A DNA stretch of 64,000 nt, taken from positions 128,001 to 192,000 of the forward strand of contig CAWHXD010000006.1 in the NCBI GenBank assembly GCA_963833225.1. The letters run 5' to 3'. This document shows, piece after piece, positions 1 to 16,592 of the stretch. Source of the stretch: an uncultured Chloroflexia bacterium (lineage in GTDB: Bacteria; Chloroflexota; Limnocylindria; Limnocylindrales; CSP1-4). Position numbers and translations under genes: made by a program. The notes under the pieces were generated by a model. That model did no database searches and was not told the DNA's origin. It saw only the letters and a program-made list of their open reading frames with translations. Within the stretch, counting starts at the first letter, position 1. Each line of letters opens with the position of its first letter.

Positions 1-188
1 TGATCTCCTCGCGCAGGCCATCGGCCTCCCGGACGACCTTCTGGGCGGACCGCTGGTCGCCCCAGAACCCGGGCTCGATCGCTCGCGCGTCGAGCTCGGC
101 GACGCGGGATTCCTTGGCGGCTAGGTCAAAGACGCCCCGAGGTCGACCGGATCCGCTCCGCCAGGTCTCGAGTGGACGTGGCGTCCAC
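1..188 (-). CDS. prfB: Peptide chain release factor 2, 5' part (runs off window), programmed +1 frameshift
   Basis: GTG at 188 gives VDATSTRDLAERIRSTSGRL, then CTT TGA C; the +1 frame continues DLAAKESRVAELDARAIEPGFWGDQRSAQKVVRE, a typical RF2 N-terminus. Confidence 0.93.
125..140 (-). promoter_or_regulatory. RF2 autoregulatory +1 frameshift site
   Basis: Minus strand TCGGGG-CGT-CTT-TGA-C: internal SD-like GGGG, 3-nt spacer, slippery CTT TGA C. Confidence 0.92.
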
Positions 189-412
189 TACGAGCGCACC
201 CGGAGGTCCTGGAGCAGGATCGGACGGAGCTCGATCAGCCGAAGGGCTGTCTTGCTCCGGGCGACGACGGGGTTCACGCACGGGCAATACGAGTTGTGGG
301 TACAGACTCCGCAGTTGCCGTCGCAATCCAGGGCGGCAGCGTAGCTGCAGGTGCGGCAGTCACGTTCGCAAGCGATGAGATCCACGAACTGCGCTTCCTC
401 AGCCTGCTTCAC
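188..412 (-). CDS. Small Cys-rich hypothetical protein (two CxxxCxxC motifs plus CxC)
   Basis: SD AGGAGAGAGGG before GTG; TAG stop overlaps prfB GTG (TAGTG); 8 Cys in 74 aa. Confidence 0.65.
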   Translation of the reverse strand: MKQAEEAQFVDLIACERDCRTCSYAAALDCDGNCGVCTHNSYCPCVNPVVARSKTALRLIELRPILLQDLRVRS

Positions 413-663
413 GGTCCCTCTCTCCTGGCCGTTCGTTGTCGTAGGAGTGACGATGCGGGACGCGACGCCGTGAATACTCGGGCGAGCCTGTGGGCGAGGC
501 GCCGGTCCCCTGGGGCGAACGACTTGGGCCGAGTATAGGCGTGGATTCCGCGCATTCCAAGAGGGCCGGAGGTCGAAACGGGTGGAATTTCGCGTGTTTC
601 CGGAGAATTCGTCTCCGGATCGGCCGCACTGAGCATGTGATCGTTCACGGCCGCCGGCTGGGA

Positions 664-1269
664 TCAGCCGCCCTGGTGCTCGATCGCCGGCGCCCCCCCG
701 GTCAGGAAGTACACGGCCAGCGCCCCCAGCTCGTGGATCGTCGCCTGGGCCCGCCGGAGCGGGTCCTGGGCAATCGGTGACGTAGTCGTTGGCGAGCCGT
801 AGGCGTCGATCCCGAGATCGCCGGCGATGCGCAGCACGCGGAACATGTGGGTTGGGTCGGACACGAAGACCGCGCTGTGCATCCCGCGGGCGTCAAGCTC
901 GTCGGCCACGGCGCTGAGGGATGTCAGCGTGTTGTGGGCCTCGTCCTCACCGAAGATCCGCGACGCGGGGACGCCGTGCTCGATGGCATAGGCACGCGCG
1001 ACGGCAGCCTCGGTCATGCGATCCCCATCGAGCTTGCCGCCCGTGACGACGAACGAGTCGGCGATGCCCGTCTTCCACAGGGCGACGGCGTGCTCGAGAC
1101 GGGCTTCGAACACCGGGGACGGGCGTCCGTCGTACTGCGCGGCCCCCAGCACGACGATGGCGTCCGCCGGTCGCTGCTCGTCGATCGCTCCCTGGCGCCA
1201 GATGGCCACGATCGAGGCGCCACCCGCGATGACCACGACGACGCACCCGACGACGAGGACGCGCACCAT
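664..1269 (-). CDS. YdcF/DUF218 (ElyC/SanA-like) membrane-anchored protein
   Basis: N-terminal TM, DAIVVLGA, RL..AV.L, VTGG, TEA, NT..S, SDPTHMFR motifs; start uncertain (1269-1338). Confidence 0.85.
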   Translation of the reverse strand: MVRVLVVGCVVVVIAGGASIVAIWRQGAIDEQRPADAIVVLGAAQYDGRPSPVFEARLEHAVALWKTGIADSFVVTGGKLDGDRMTEAAVARAYAIEHGVPASRIFGEDEAHNTLTSLSAVADELDARGMHSAVFVSDPTHMFRVLRIAGDLGIDAYGSPTTTSPIAQDPLRRAQATIHELGALAVYFLTGGAPAIEHQGG

Positions 1270-1289
1270 GTCGCTGATCCGGCGGCGGA

Positions 1290-4318
<3,029 letters not shown>

Positions 4319-4382
4319 GGCCGGCTGAGTATAGGGTGACCGGCCGGGCGGCCCGATTTCTAGGGCTGCCCGCGCACGCGCG

Positions 4383-4644
4383 TCAGGGTGCGGGCGTGAC
4401 CTCGACGGAGTCCCAGTCGAGCCCGACGGTGTCTCCGGGCAATGGCTGGAACCCCGGGTCGGGGGCGACCTCGAACATGGGAGCGCGGCACGGCCACGCC
4501 CCAGCCGCCCCTGGTCATGGGGCCGTTCCAGCCCGAGCTCACCAGGGTGCCGTTGGGGAACAGGTTCGCCGTCAGCGCGGCCGCCGCGAACACGAGCGCC
4601 GTCCCGAGGCCGAGAACACCGGAGCAGATCAGGATTCGTCGCAT
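4383..4644 (-). CDS. Small membrane/secreted hypothetical protein (probable indel at ~4485)
   Basis: MRRILICSGVLGLGTALVFAAAAL hydrophobic N-terminus; shifted frame gives APMFEVAPDPGFQPLPGDTVGLDWDSVEVTPAP*. Confidence 0.45.
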
Positions 4645-4681
4645 GATCTTCCCCGGACGCCGCCGAGCAGGTCGCGGTTCC

Positions 4682-4938
4682 CTAGACGAGTCGCCCACAG
4701 GCCGTCGTCGTACCCGGCCACGATGAGCGCGAAGGTGACCAGCCCGAGGACCAGCCAGAAGATCACCGCCCGCGCCGTCGAGGTGGGGTTCATCTCCGGG
4801 TTGCGGAGCTCCGGCAGCGGCCACCCTGAGCGCCGCCCCCCAGCGCGAGGAGCGGAGCGTGGCTCGGTAGCTCTCCTCGGTCCCGGTCCGGACCTCGAGG
4901 CCGCCCTTGCCGTCCGGGCGGTGCAGCTGCAGGCTCAT
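4682..4938 (-). CDS. Small membrane hypothetical protein (frameshifted, end approximate)
   Basis: GGAG-preceded ATG MSLQLHRPDGKGGLE; shifted frame has TM AVIFWLVLGLVTFALIVAGY. Confidence 0.4.
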
Positions 4939-4958
4939 GCGTCTCCGAGTGGTGGCGG

Positions 4959-6051
4959 TCAGGCACCCGCCGATGCGGGTGAGCGGCTGATGGTACGTCG
5001 TCGTCGCTCCCGGGTGCGTCATCGCCGTCGTGGGCCGGTTGGCGTCGATCCCTTGCAGGCCATCGACGCCATCCTCCCAGAGGAGCATCTCCTGGGTGAA
5101 CGAGACCTCGGAGCTGAACAGGGCACCCACGGACTCGCCACGGTGGATCCGCCTGATCGCCTCGCCGATGAGCGGCGCCACCGAGAGGACTTGATCCGGT
5201 CGATGTGCTTGTCGGCCGGGAGCGGGACCGTGTCGGTGATGATCGACCTCGCGCAGGTTGGAGGCGGCGATGCGTTCGATCGCGGGGTCGGAGAGGACGC
5301 CGTGCGTGGCGCAGGCGTAGATCTCGTGGACGCCCTCCTTCTCGAGCGCGCGGGTGATCTCGATCAGGGTGCCCGCCGTGTCGATCTCGTCGTCCACGAT
5401 GATCGCCCGGCGCCCGCGGACATCGCCGATGACGTTGATGACCTCGGCTCGATCGAGGTTGCCGTGCCGCCGCTTCTCGACAATGGCCAGAGGCGCGTCA
5501 AGAAGCTCGGCAAACGCGCGGGCGCGCTTGGCGAATCCGAGATCCGTGACCACGACCACGTCCTCGAGCTGCTGGTCGAGGAAGTAGCGCGACAGCAGGT
5601 GGACGGCGGTCAGCTCGTCGACCGGGATGTTGAAGAAGCCCTGGATCTGGCCCTGGTGGAGGTCCATGGTCAGCATCCGGTCCGCACCTGCCACGGAGAT
5701 CATGTCCGCGACCAGGCGGGCCGTGATCGGGACCCGTGGCTGGTCCTTCTTGTCCGAGCGCCCGTAGGCGTAGTACGGGACCACGGCCGTGATCCGGCCG
5801 GCGGACGCCCGCTTGAAGGCGTCGATCATGATCAGCAGCTCCATGATCGACTTGTTCACGGGCCGCGAGGTGGGCTGGACGAGGAAGACGTCCTTCTCGC
5901 GGACGTTGTCCAGGATGCGGACGAAGATGTTCTCGTTGGCGAACTCGAACACCTCGGCGCGACCCGGCTCGGAGGCGAGGTAGCGAGCGATCTTCCGGGC
6001 CAGCTCCGGGTTGGCGTTGCCGTGGTAGATCTCGTACTGGTCCGCGTACAC
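4959..6051 (-). CDS. prs: Ribose-phosphate pyrophosphokinase (indels near 3' end, end approximate)
   Basis: GTG 6051 with GGAGA SD; HGNANPELA, ELLIMIDAFKRASA, PYYAYGRSDKK, DLHQGQIQGFF, IVDDEIDTAGT, ATHGVLS. Confidence 0.93.
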
Positions 6052-6076
6052 TCGGTCTCCCGTGCGCCGAAGGCGG

Positions 6077-8659
6077 TCATGACGAGCTGTCGTTCCGGCC
6101 CCTCGTCCGCGGGTCCGCTGCCGTCGGGCTGGGGGTCGCCATTGTCGCCGATGGCACCGCGGTCCGCCAGCCCCGGACGGAAGGCAGCAGATGGCGGCGA
6201 CGCTGTCGCCCTCCGCCAGGCGCATGACGATCACGCCCCGGGCCTGCGACGAGTAACGGTTCACGCTCTTGGTGTCGGTCCGGATCACCTGGCCGCCGGC
6301 CGAGATCAGGACCAGCTCCTCGTCCTCGTCGGTCACCTGCTGGACCGCCGCGACGAGGCCGGTCTTGCGCCCCTCGAGGGCGATCAGGCGGACGCCCTGC
6401 GGTCCGCGGTGCATGGTCCGGAACTCGGTGAGGCGGACGCGCTTGCCGTAGCCGGTCTCGGTGAGGACGAGCAGGTCCGCGCTCGGTCTGGACCACGCTC
6501 ATCGCCACGACGCGGTCGGCCTTGTTGGCCAGCCGGATGCCGATGACGCCACCGGCGGGCCGGCCCATCGCCCGCAGCTCGGCCTCGTTGAAGCGGGCGA
6601 TCTTGCCCATCGCGGTTGCGATGATGACGTCGTCGGTGCCCGCCGAGACATCCACCCAGGCGAGCTCATCGTCGGGGTCAACGGTGATCGCGATGATCCC
6701 CGTCGAGCGCACGCGCTCGAACTGCTCGAGCGCGGTCTTCTTGATGATGCCGCGCCGCGTGGCGAGGACCAGGTAGTGCCCGGGTTCGAAGTCCGGCAGG
6801 CAGATCGTCGCGACCGGGACCTCGCCCGATTCCACCTGGACCCCGGGCAGGTTGATGATCGCCATGCCCTCGGCCCTGGCGGCTGACGCGTCCGGGATGG
6901 AGTGGACCTTCGCGCGAGAACACGCGGCCGCGGTTCGTGAAGAACAGCGCCCAGTCGTGGGTGTTGGCCACGAGCAGGTACTCGACCGCATCCTCCTCGC
7001 GGGTGACGTGGCCGATGATCCCCTTGCCGCCGCGGTGCTGGCGGCGGTAGGTGGCCACGGGCTGGCGCTTGATGTAGCCGCGGCGGCTGATGGTGACGAC
7101 GACGTCCTCGTCGGCGATCAGGTCCTCGTCGGTCATCTCGCGGCTGGAGTCGTCGACGACCCGGGTGCGGCGCTCGCCGGCGTACTTGCGCTTCAGCTCG
7201 GCGAGCTCGTCCTTGATGATCGCCAGCACGCGGGCCGGGTTGGCCAGGATGTCCTCGAGCTCCGCGATGAGCTGGATCACCGCGAGGTACTCGTCCTCGA
7301 TCTTCTGGCGCTCGAGCGCGGCCAGGCGGGCAAGGCGCATGTCCAGGATCGCCTGGGCCTGCAGCTCCGACAGTCCGAACCGGCTCATCAGGTTGCGGCG
7401 CGCGCGTCTCGACGTCGGCCGACGCGCGGATGGTGTTGATGACCTCGTCGAGGTTATCGAGGGCGATCTTGAGGCCCTCGAGGATGTGGGCCCTCGCGCG
7501 CGCCTTCTCGAGGTCGTACTCGGTCCGGCGCCGGACGATCTCGCGGCGGTGATCGACGTAATGACAGCAGCACGCTCTTGAGCGGCAGCGTCTGCGGCTG
7601 GCCATCGACCAGAGCCAGCATGTTGAGGTTGAAGGTCGTCTGGAGCGCCGTGTGCTTGAACAGGTTGTTCAGCACCTTGTGAGGGTTGGCGTCCCGTTTG
7701 ACCTCGATGTAGATCCGCATCCCGTCCCGGTCGGACTCGTCGCGGAGGTCGCTGATCCCGTCGAGCTTCTTGTCCTTGACGAGGTCGGCGATCTTCTCCA
7801 GCAGCGACGACTTGTTCACCTGGTACGGGAGCTCGGTGACGATGATCGCCGTGCGGTCGAGGCGGGTTTCCTCGAACGCGACCTGCGCGCGCATCACGAC
7901 TCGCCCGTGGCCATGCGCGTACATCTCGCGGATGGCGTCGATCGTCTCCTGCTCGCCGGTGAGCGGGTTGCGGCGGGTCTCGAAGCGGAAGATGGAGCCA
8001 CCGGTCGGGAAGTCGGGGCCCCTGACCAGGCCGCACAGGTCGTCGTTGGTGATCGACGGGTCGTCGATGAAGGCGATGGCGGCGTCCGCGACCTCGCCCA
8101 GGTGGTGGGGCGGGATGTTGGTCGCCATGCCGACGGCGATGCCCGAGGACCCGTTGATCAGCAGGTTCGGCAGTTTGGACGGCAGGACGGACGGCTGCTT
8201 CTGGGTGCCGTCGTAGTTGTCGACGTAGTCGACGGTGTCCTTGTCGATGTCGGCGAGCATCTCCGCGGAGATGGCCGTCAGGCGTGCCTCCGTGTAGCGC
8301 ATGGCGGCCGCCGAGTCGCCGTCCACCGACCCGAAGTTGCCCTGCCCGTCCACCAGCGGGTAGCGCATCGAGAAGTCCTGGGCCAGCCGCACCAGGGCGT
8401 CGTACAGGGCGACATCGCCGTGCGGGTGGTACTTGCCCATCACCTCGCCGACGATGGCCGCGCACTTGCGGTAGGAGCTCGTCGCGGACAGCCCCATCTC
8501 GCCCATCGTGTACAGGATCCGGCGGTGGACCGGCTTGAGCCCGTCGCGGACGTCCGGCAGCGCGCGGGCGACGATGACGCTCATCGCGTAGTCGAGATAC
8601 GAGACGCGCATCTCGTCCTCGATGCGGATGGCTCTGATGTCGCCCAGGTTGTCGGTCAC
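6077..8659 (-). CDS. gyrA: DNA gyrase subunit A (several apparent indels in 3' half)
   Basis: [43 protein letters not shown], GyrA-box RQHRGGKG, C-terminal pinwheel repeats across frames. Confidence 0.96.
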
Positions 8660-8693
8660 GTGGAGGCTCTCCTCGGGGGCTCAGGCAGGTAGG

Positions 8694-9670
8694 TCAGGTT
8701 CGGTCGATGATGGCGCGCTCGGCGGGCGGGACGCCGACGCCGAACGCGAGGAAGTCGGCGGCCGTGGCCGCCGCGCGGGAGGTGGACGGGGATCCCGGAC
8801 GCTTGCGGATGCCGGCCACGGTCGCCTTCAGCTCCGAGGCCACGGCCGCCGGTAGCTTCTCGACGCCGTCGCGGACCACCCATGCCCGGTGGCCATCGTC
8901 GTTCTCACGCGCGGTTCGTGCCTCGCGGCGGAGGAAGGCGATGGTGGCCGGCTCGTCGATCAGCGACATCGCGCGCACGGCCCACGAGAGCGCCTTCTGC
9001 ACGTCGGGCTCGCGGTCGCCGATCAGGTCGCCGACGATCCCGAGGCCGTGACGGGCGACATCCGCGGTCCGACCCGCGGTCCGGCTGACGAACGGGATGG
9101 TCGCCACGGTGGAGCCGGCCAGCCGGCGCTCCCAGCGGGCCGGCGAGTAGACGAGCTGCTCGAGCTCGGCCCAGCGGTAGGGCTCCTCGAGGATCCCACG
9201 GCCCGCGACATGGGCGAGCCTGTCCACCGTGATCCATTCGGTTGCGCGACGGGCTTCCGTCCGGACCAGCTGCCAGGTCTGCTCCGGCTCGTGGGCGATC
9301 GTGCGGTCCAGGACGTCGATCGCGAGCCAGTGGAGCTCAGCGAGCGGCTCACCGAACAGCGCGCCGGCGATGTCGAGCAGGGCGGCCGGGCGGTCTTGGC
9401 GGGTGGCGCCCCGGAGGCCGCGACTCACCGCGCCGAGCAACGGCTGGCGGACGCCCAGCTGCGGTCCGATCCCGGGGGCGATCATCCGCTGGCCAGCGAG
9501 ATACTCGGGATCCGCGAGCGCCGCCAGGCCGGCCCGCAGGATGGCCACCAGCGCAACCGGCTCATTGGCGAGATCGCCCGCCTCCCGGCCCAGGGTCGTG
9601 GCCGTGTCCATCCGCCCGGCGACGAACGCACGGGCACGCTGCGTGGCGGCACCGGGGGCGTCGGCCCGAG

Positions 9671-9674
<4 letters not shown>
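8694..9674 (-). CDS. DNA alkylation repair (AlkD-like, HEAT-repeat) protein
   Basis: LGVRQP, WITVD, W.RR, D.EPDVQKALSWAVR motifs typical of the DNA_alkylation family. Confidence 0.75.
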
Positions 9675-13053
<3,379 letters not shown>

Positions 13054-13057
<4 letters not shown>

Positions 13058-13851
13058 GCAACGGCCCCCGCGTATGCGGCGGTGGATCGCCCACCACGAG
13101 CGCGCAGCTCCCCAGCCAGTGCCTGATATGCCTCCGCACCCTTGGAGTCAGGCCGGTACAGGGCGATCGGAAGCCCATGGCTGGGCGCCTCCGAGAGGCG
13201 GACGCTCCTCGGAACGATCGTCCGGAAAACCGCCTCACCGAGATGGCGACGGACCTCGTTTGCCACCTCGGACGAGAGGTTCGTGCGACCGTCGAACATC
13301 GTGAGGACCACACCGGAGATGGCCAGCCCCGGGTTGAGGTTGTCGCGAACGAGATTGATCGTCGCGATGAGCTGCGTGAGCCCTTCGAGCGCGTAGTACT
13401 CGCACTGGATGGGGATCAGCACCGCGTCCGCGCCGGTCAGGGCGTTGACCGTGAGCAGCCCGAGCGATGGCGGGCAGTCAACGAGGATCCAGTCCCACGC
13501 GTCACGCTCGGCCGCGATGGCGTGCCCAAGCCGGCGTTCTCGGCCGGCGACGGCAGCCAGCTCCACCTCGGCCCCGGCGAGGGAGATCGACGACGGCACG
13601 AGTCGCAGTCCCGCGACGCGCGTCTCCACATGCAGCTCGGCGAGCGGCAGCCCGTCCACGAGGGCGTCGTAGACGGACCTCTCGAGCGAGGCACGGTCGA
13701 TCCCAAAGCCGCTGGTGGCGTTTCCCTGGGGATCGAGGTCGATGACGAGAACGCGGTCACCGAGGAGAGCCAGATAGGTTGCGAGATTGACCACGGTGGT
13801 GGTCTTCCCGACGCCGCCCTTCTGATTGGTGCAGGCGATCGTCTGGCCCAC
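13054..13851 (-). CDS. parA: ParA/Soj ATPase
   Basis: NQKGGVGKTTT, DLDPQGNAT, DCPPSLG, QCEYYALEG; GGAGG SD. Confidence 0.96.
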
Positions 13852-13886
13852 TCAGCCTCCACTCCGAAACAGGATCATGAACTCGA

Positions 13887-13895
13887 ATTCTAGCA
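13887..13895 (-). promoter_or_regulatory. Putative extended -10 promoter of the parA-parB-gyrB operon
   Basis: TGCTAGAAT (TGn-TANNNT) about 35 nt upstream of the parA start. Confidence 0.55.
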
Positions 13896-14001
13896 TCGAG
13901 ACCCCTTTGGCCGGGTTCGGGCAGGCGCCTCCGGCCCGTTTGGCGGATGTGTCCTGCGGCGCCCGGCAAGCATCGTGGGCGCCGCGTATGCGGCGCTCAT
14001 T

Positions 14002-14031
14002 TCCCGCTTGTTTCACGTGAAACAAGCGGGA
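14002..14031. promoter_or_regulatory. parS centromere site within a 30-bp perfect palindrome
   Basis: TGTTTCACGTGAAACA at 14009-14024 (consensus parS) inside TCCCGCTTGTTTCACGTGAAACAAGCGGGA. Confidence 0.95.
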
Positions 14032-14181
14032 CCGCGGCGAGCGATCCCTGCCCGATTCGACGATTGCCGGGTCTGGCGACTCCGTGGGATACTCATCGGG
14101 CGCAAGCTGTACACCCATCGTCGCGGTCGCCTACGCCCTGGCCCGACCGTCGGCTCGTCAGCCGAGGATCGAACGCCCGTC

Positions 14182-14682
14182 ATGCAACTCGTCATCGCCG
14201 CGGCGGTCGCCGTGGTGGCCGCGCTCTCCGAGTTCACCATTGTCCCGTACCTGAAGATCGGCGACGCCGTCCTTCACCCGGTCCTGGTGTTCGGCGTCGT
14301 CTGGGCCATCGCCGGTGGCCTGGAGGCAGGTCTCGCCTGGGGCTTCGTCGGAGGCCTCGCGCTCGACGTCCTGGGCCAGCGGCCGCTCGGGTCCTCGGCG
14401 TTCTCGCTGCTCATCGCCATCGGGATTGCCAGCGCCATCGCCGGTCTCCTCGGTCGGATCAAGATCATCGCCTCAGTCGCTGCCACCGTCATCGCCAGTC
14501 CGGTCTACACGATGCTCCTTGTTGTCACGACCACCGCACTCACATCGGCGTCGCTCGGTGCGGACGCGTTCGGTTCGATGGTGCCATCGGCGGTATACGA
14601 CGCGGTCCTGGCCATCATCGTGGGGCCCCTGACGCTTGCCATCGTGCTTCGCCGGCAAGCCGCCGAGCGGGTGGACTGGTGA
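14182..14682 (+). CDS. mreD: Rod shape-determining protein MreD
   Basis: Hydrophobic 166 aa, GFVGGLALDVL..RPLG; stop overlaps PBP2 start. Confidence 0.85.
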   Translation: MQLVIAAAVAVVAALSEFTIVPYLKIGDAVLHPVLVFGVVWAIAGGLEAGLAWGFVGGLALDVLGQRPLGSSAFSLLIAIGIASAIAGLLGRIKIIASVAATVIASPVYTMLLVVTTTALTSASLGADAFGSMVPSAVYDAVLAIIVGPLTLAIVLRRQAAERVDW

Positions 14683-16580
14683 ACGGCGACCTGATCACGA
14701 CCGGCCGCGAGCGCGATCGTCGGCCCGTGAGGTTTGTCGTCTTCGGGATCGTGACGATCCTGATCTTCGCGGGTCTCACGGCGCGCCTCGCCTACCTCCA
14801 GATCACGAATGGCCAGACACTGTCAGCCACGGTCCAGCAGCAGCGAACCGCCGAGGTCGCGATCCCTGCGACCCGCGGCCTGATCTTCGACCGCAATGGT
14901 CGCCAGCTGGTCCAGAACGTGGCGACGTGGGCCGTGAAGATCACGCCCTCGGAGTTGCCCTATGCGCAGCGCGACACGGTGGCTCGGCAGCTCGCCGCGC
15001 TGCTGGGCATGGAGCCCAACGACATCCTGACCACGATCGACACGGCTCCGGGCTCGCGGTTCGACCCGGTTCGCATCGCCCAGGACATCCCCGAGGACAC
15101 CGCACGGCTGGTGTCGGAGTCGTCCGACGAGCTGCCGGGCGTGCAGGTCGTCGTCGAAACCCGGCGCGAGTATCCGGACGGTGCGCTGCTCGCGCACATC
15201 CTGGGTTACACGGGTCCGATCGATGCCGCGAGCTACGAGCGCCTGAAGCCGAAGGGCTACCTGGCGGACGACCTGATCGGCAAGACCGGCGTCGAGTCCA
15301 CGTTCGAGAGCGAGCTACGGGGGACCTATGGGATCGAGGTGGTTGAGAAGGACGCCACCGGGAAGCAGGTCCAGGTCCTGTCCAACAAGCAGGACGCTGT
15401 TCCCGGAGCTTCCCTCGAGCTCACGATCGACACCAAGATCCAGCGTGAGGCCACACAGGCCCTCAAATGGGGCATGCGCGCGGCCGGCCTCAAGCGCGGG
15501 GTGTTCATCGTGATGAACCCCCAGACGGGCGAGGTGCTTGCGATGGTCAGCCTGCCCTCGTACGACAACAACCTCTTCGCACGTGGCATCTCGAACAAGG
15601 ACTTCACGCGGCTGGTGAACAACCGCAACAAGCCGCTGACCAACCTCGCCGTCCAGGCCCACTTCCCGCCTGGGTCAACCTACAAGCTGGTGACAGGGAC
15701 CGGGGGGCTCGCGGACAAGAAGATCACGGCCCAGACCAAGATCCAGACGCACGGCTACCTCACGCTGTCGGGCGCGCGCTTCTACGACTGGAACCGGACC
15801 GGATTTGGGCCATGCAACATCTACTGCGGCTTCGGGCACTCGTCCGACACGTACTTCTTCCAGGTTGCGGGCATGCTTGGCGCCGACCGGCTCGCGTACT
15901 GGGGTCGCCAGTACGGGTTCGGTCGGCCGACGGGCATCGATCTCCCTGGCGAGGTATCCGGGATCGTTCCGTCCAACCAGTGGAAGATCGACACGTTCGG
16001 CCAGCCGATGTTCGGTGGCGAGGTCTACCAGTCGGGCATCGGCCAGGGCTACGACGTCGTCACACCGATCCAGCTCATCAATGCCTACGCCGCGCTGGCC
16101 AACGGCGGCAGGCTGTACCGGCCGCAGGTGGTCCGGGAGGTTATCGGCGCCGACGGTACGGTGCTTCGGTCCTTCGAGCCGGACCTCATCCGCAAGCTGC
16201 CGGTCACGCAGAAGACCCTCCGCGAGATGCGCTTGGCCGCGCGGACCACGGTCACCCTCCGCCACACGTACAACCTGGTCGATATGCCCGTCAAGGTGGC
16301 TGGCAAGTCGGGCACCGCGGAGTTCGGCCTCCGTGACAGCAAGGGCCGGCTCCCGTTCCACTCCTGGTTCGTGGGGTTTGTCGGCAAGAACCCCTACAAG
16401 GCAGACTTCGCGAAGGCGGACTCGCAGCTGGTGTTCCTTGCCTTCGCCTACGACTCCCGGACCAAGGGCAACGCGGGCACGGAGATCGCCAAGGCGTTCC
16501 TCCAGCTGCACTTCAACATCAAGAAGGACTACCTCAACCGCGACCTCCTCCAGCGCGGCAACTTCTACCAGAGCAACTAG
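14679..16580 (+). CDS. mrdA: Penicillin-binding protein 2
   Basis: RLAYLQI, RGLIFDRNG, PPGSTYK (SxxK), SSD, KSGTAE; between mreD and rodA. Confidence 0.93.
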   Translation: MNGDLITTGRERDRRPVRFVVFGIVTILIFAGLTARLAYLQITNGQTLSATVQQQRTAEVAIPATRGLIFDRNGRQLVQNVATWAVKITPSELPYAQRDTVARQLAALLGMEPNDILTTIDTAPGSRFDPVRIAQDIPEDTARLVSESSDELPGVQVVVETRREYPDGALLAHILGYTGPIDAASYERLKPKGYLADDLIGKTGVESTFESELRGTYGIEVVEKDATGKQVQVLSNKQDAVPGASLELTIDTKIQREATQALKWGMRAAGLKRGVFIVMNPQTGEVLAMVSLPSYDNNLFARGISNKDFTRLVNNRNKPLTNLAVQAHFPPGSTYKLVTGTGGLADKKITAQTKIQTHGYLTLSGARFYDWNRTGFGPCNIYCGFGHSSDTYFFQVAGMLGADRLAYWGRQYGFGRPTGIDLPGEVSGIVPSNQWKIDTFGQPMFGGEVYQSGIGQGYDVVTPIQLINAYAALANGGRLYRPQVVREVIGADGTVLRSFEPDLIRKLPVTQKTLREMRLAARTTVTLRHTYNLVDMPVKVAGKSGTAEFGLRDSKGRLPFHSWFVGFVGKNPYKADFAKADSQLVFLAFAYDSRTKGNAGTEIAKAFLQLHFNIKKDYLNRDLLQRGNFYQSN

Positions 16581-16592
16581 GCAGGTCCATCG

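Noticed and set aside
595-620. Second parS-like site
   Set aside because: Only TGTTTC matches; the rest is a short TCCGGAGA hairpin.
4360-6414. GyrA-Prs-membrane protein fusion (684 aa ORF)
   Set aside because: Produced by indels; prs has its own SD and GTG start at 6051.
4336-6546. Long + strand ORF (736 aa) and similar antisense ORFs such as 9774-12248 and 54981-56819
   Set aside because: Shadow ORFs of GC-rich genes on the opposite strand; no motifs.
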